Source: Shigella phage phi25-307
Sequence record: MG589383
DNA length: 64,000 nucleotides
Direction: 5' to 3' (one strand)
The notes under the pieces are model-generated. The model did no database searches. It had not been told where the DNA came from and saw nothing but the letters and a program-made list of their open reading frames with translations. Shown piece after piece: positions 63,898 through 64,000 of this stretch; position 1 is the stretch's first letter; every line of letters starts with the position of its first letter. The position numbers and the translations under genes are program-made.

Positions 63898-64000
63898 ATT
63901 TCCTCGCAAAATGCCCATTCAGCGTGATAAACTGTAGCACCTTTAGTATTATTCATTTGAACTACGTCTACCGGAGAAATTACTCGATAGAGACGTGGTT
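63894..64000 (-). CDS. 3' end of an upstream minus-strand gene (partial, 5' end outside window)
   Basis: Open frame from the window edge ending ...HAEWAFCEEI with TGA overlapping the dmd ATG (ATGA); identity unknown. Confidence 0.35.
   Translation of the reverse strand, partial: PRLYRVISPVDVVQMNNTKGATVYHAEWAFCEEI

Overview
This window reads as a contiguous stretch of a T4-like (Tevenvirinae-type) myovirus genome, almost fully coding and syntenic with the T4 gene order. On the minus strand it runs alt, 30 (DNA ligase), rIII, 31, cd, pseT, alc, rnlA, denA, nrdB, nrdA, td, frd, 32, 59, 33, dsbA, rnh; then the plus-strand late operon 34-35-36-37-38-t (long tail fibre and holin); then minus-strand asiA, motA, 52, ac, ndd, rIIB, rIIA, 39 (fused 39+60), dexA, dda, srd, a modA-like gene, soc, 56, 61, sp and dmd. 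All identifications are by eye from motifs, remembered homolog sequences, protein sizes and synteny; no database search was run. Transcription signals are dense: more than 25 early promoters of the form TTTACA-N17-TA(T/C)(A/T)(A/G)T, many inside inverted repeats (PeSL-like cassettes), a few MotA-box middle promoters, TATAAATA late promoters, and many UUCG-tetraloop hairpin terminators. The non-T4 content is the most interesting part: an AroG-type DAHP synthase translationally coupled to cd, a GT-B glycosyltransferase-like gene between rIIA and gene 39, a lipoprotein plus membrane-protein pair next to sp, two free-standing homing endonucleases (GIY-YIG and HNH), a tandem paralog pair, and several sub-60-aa genes absent from the ORF track (zinc-ribbon protein, Ac-like peptide, hydrophobic micro-ORFs). 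A NADAR (30.3-like) and HAD phosphatase pair sits beside alt and ligase. td and nrdB are intron-free and gene 39 is a single fused ORF. No rRNA, tRNA, CRISPR array, integrase or transposase was found.
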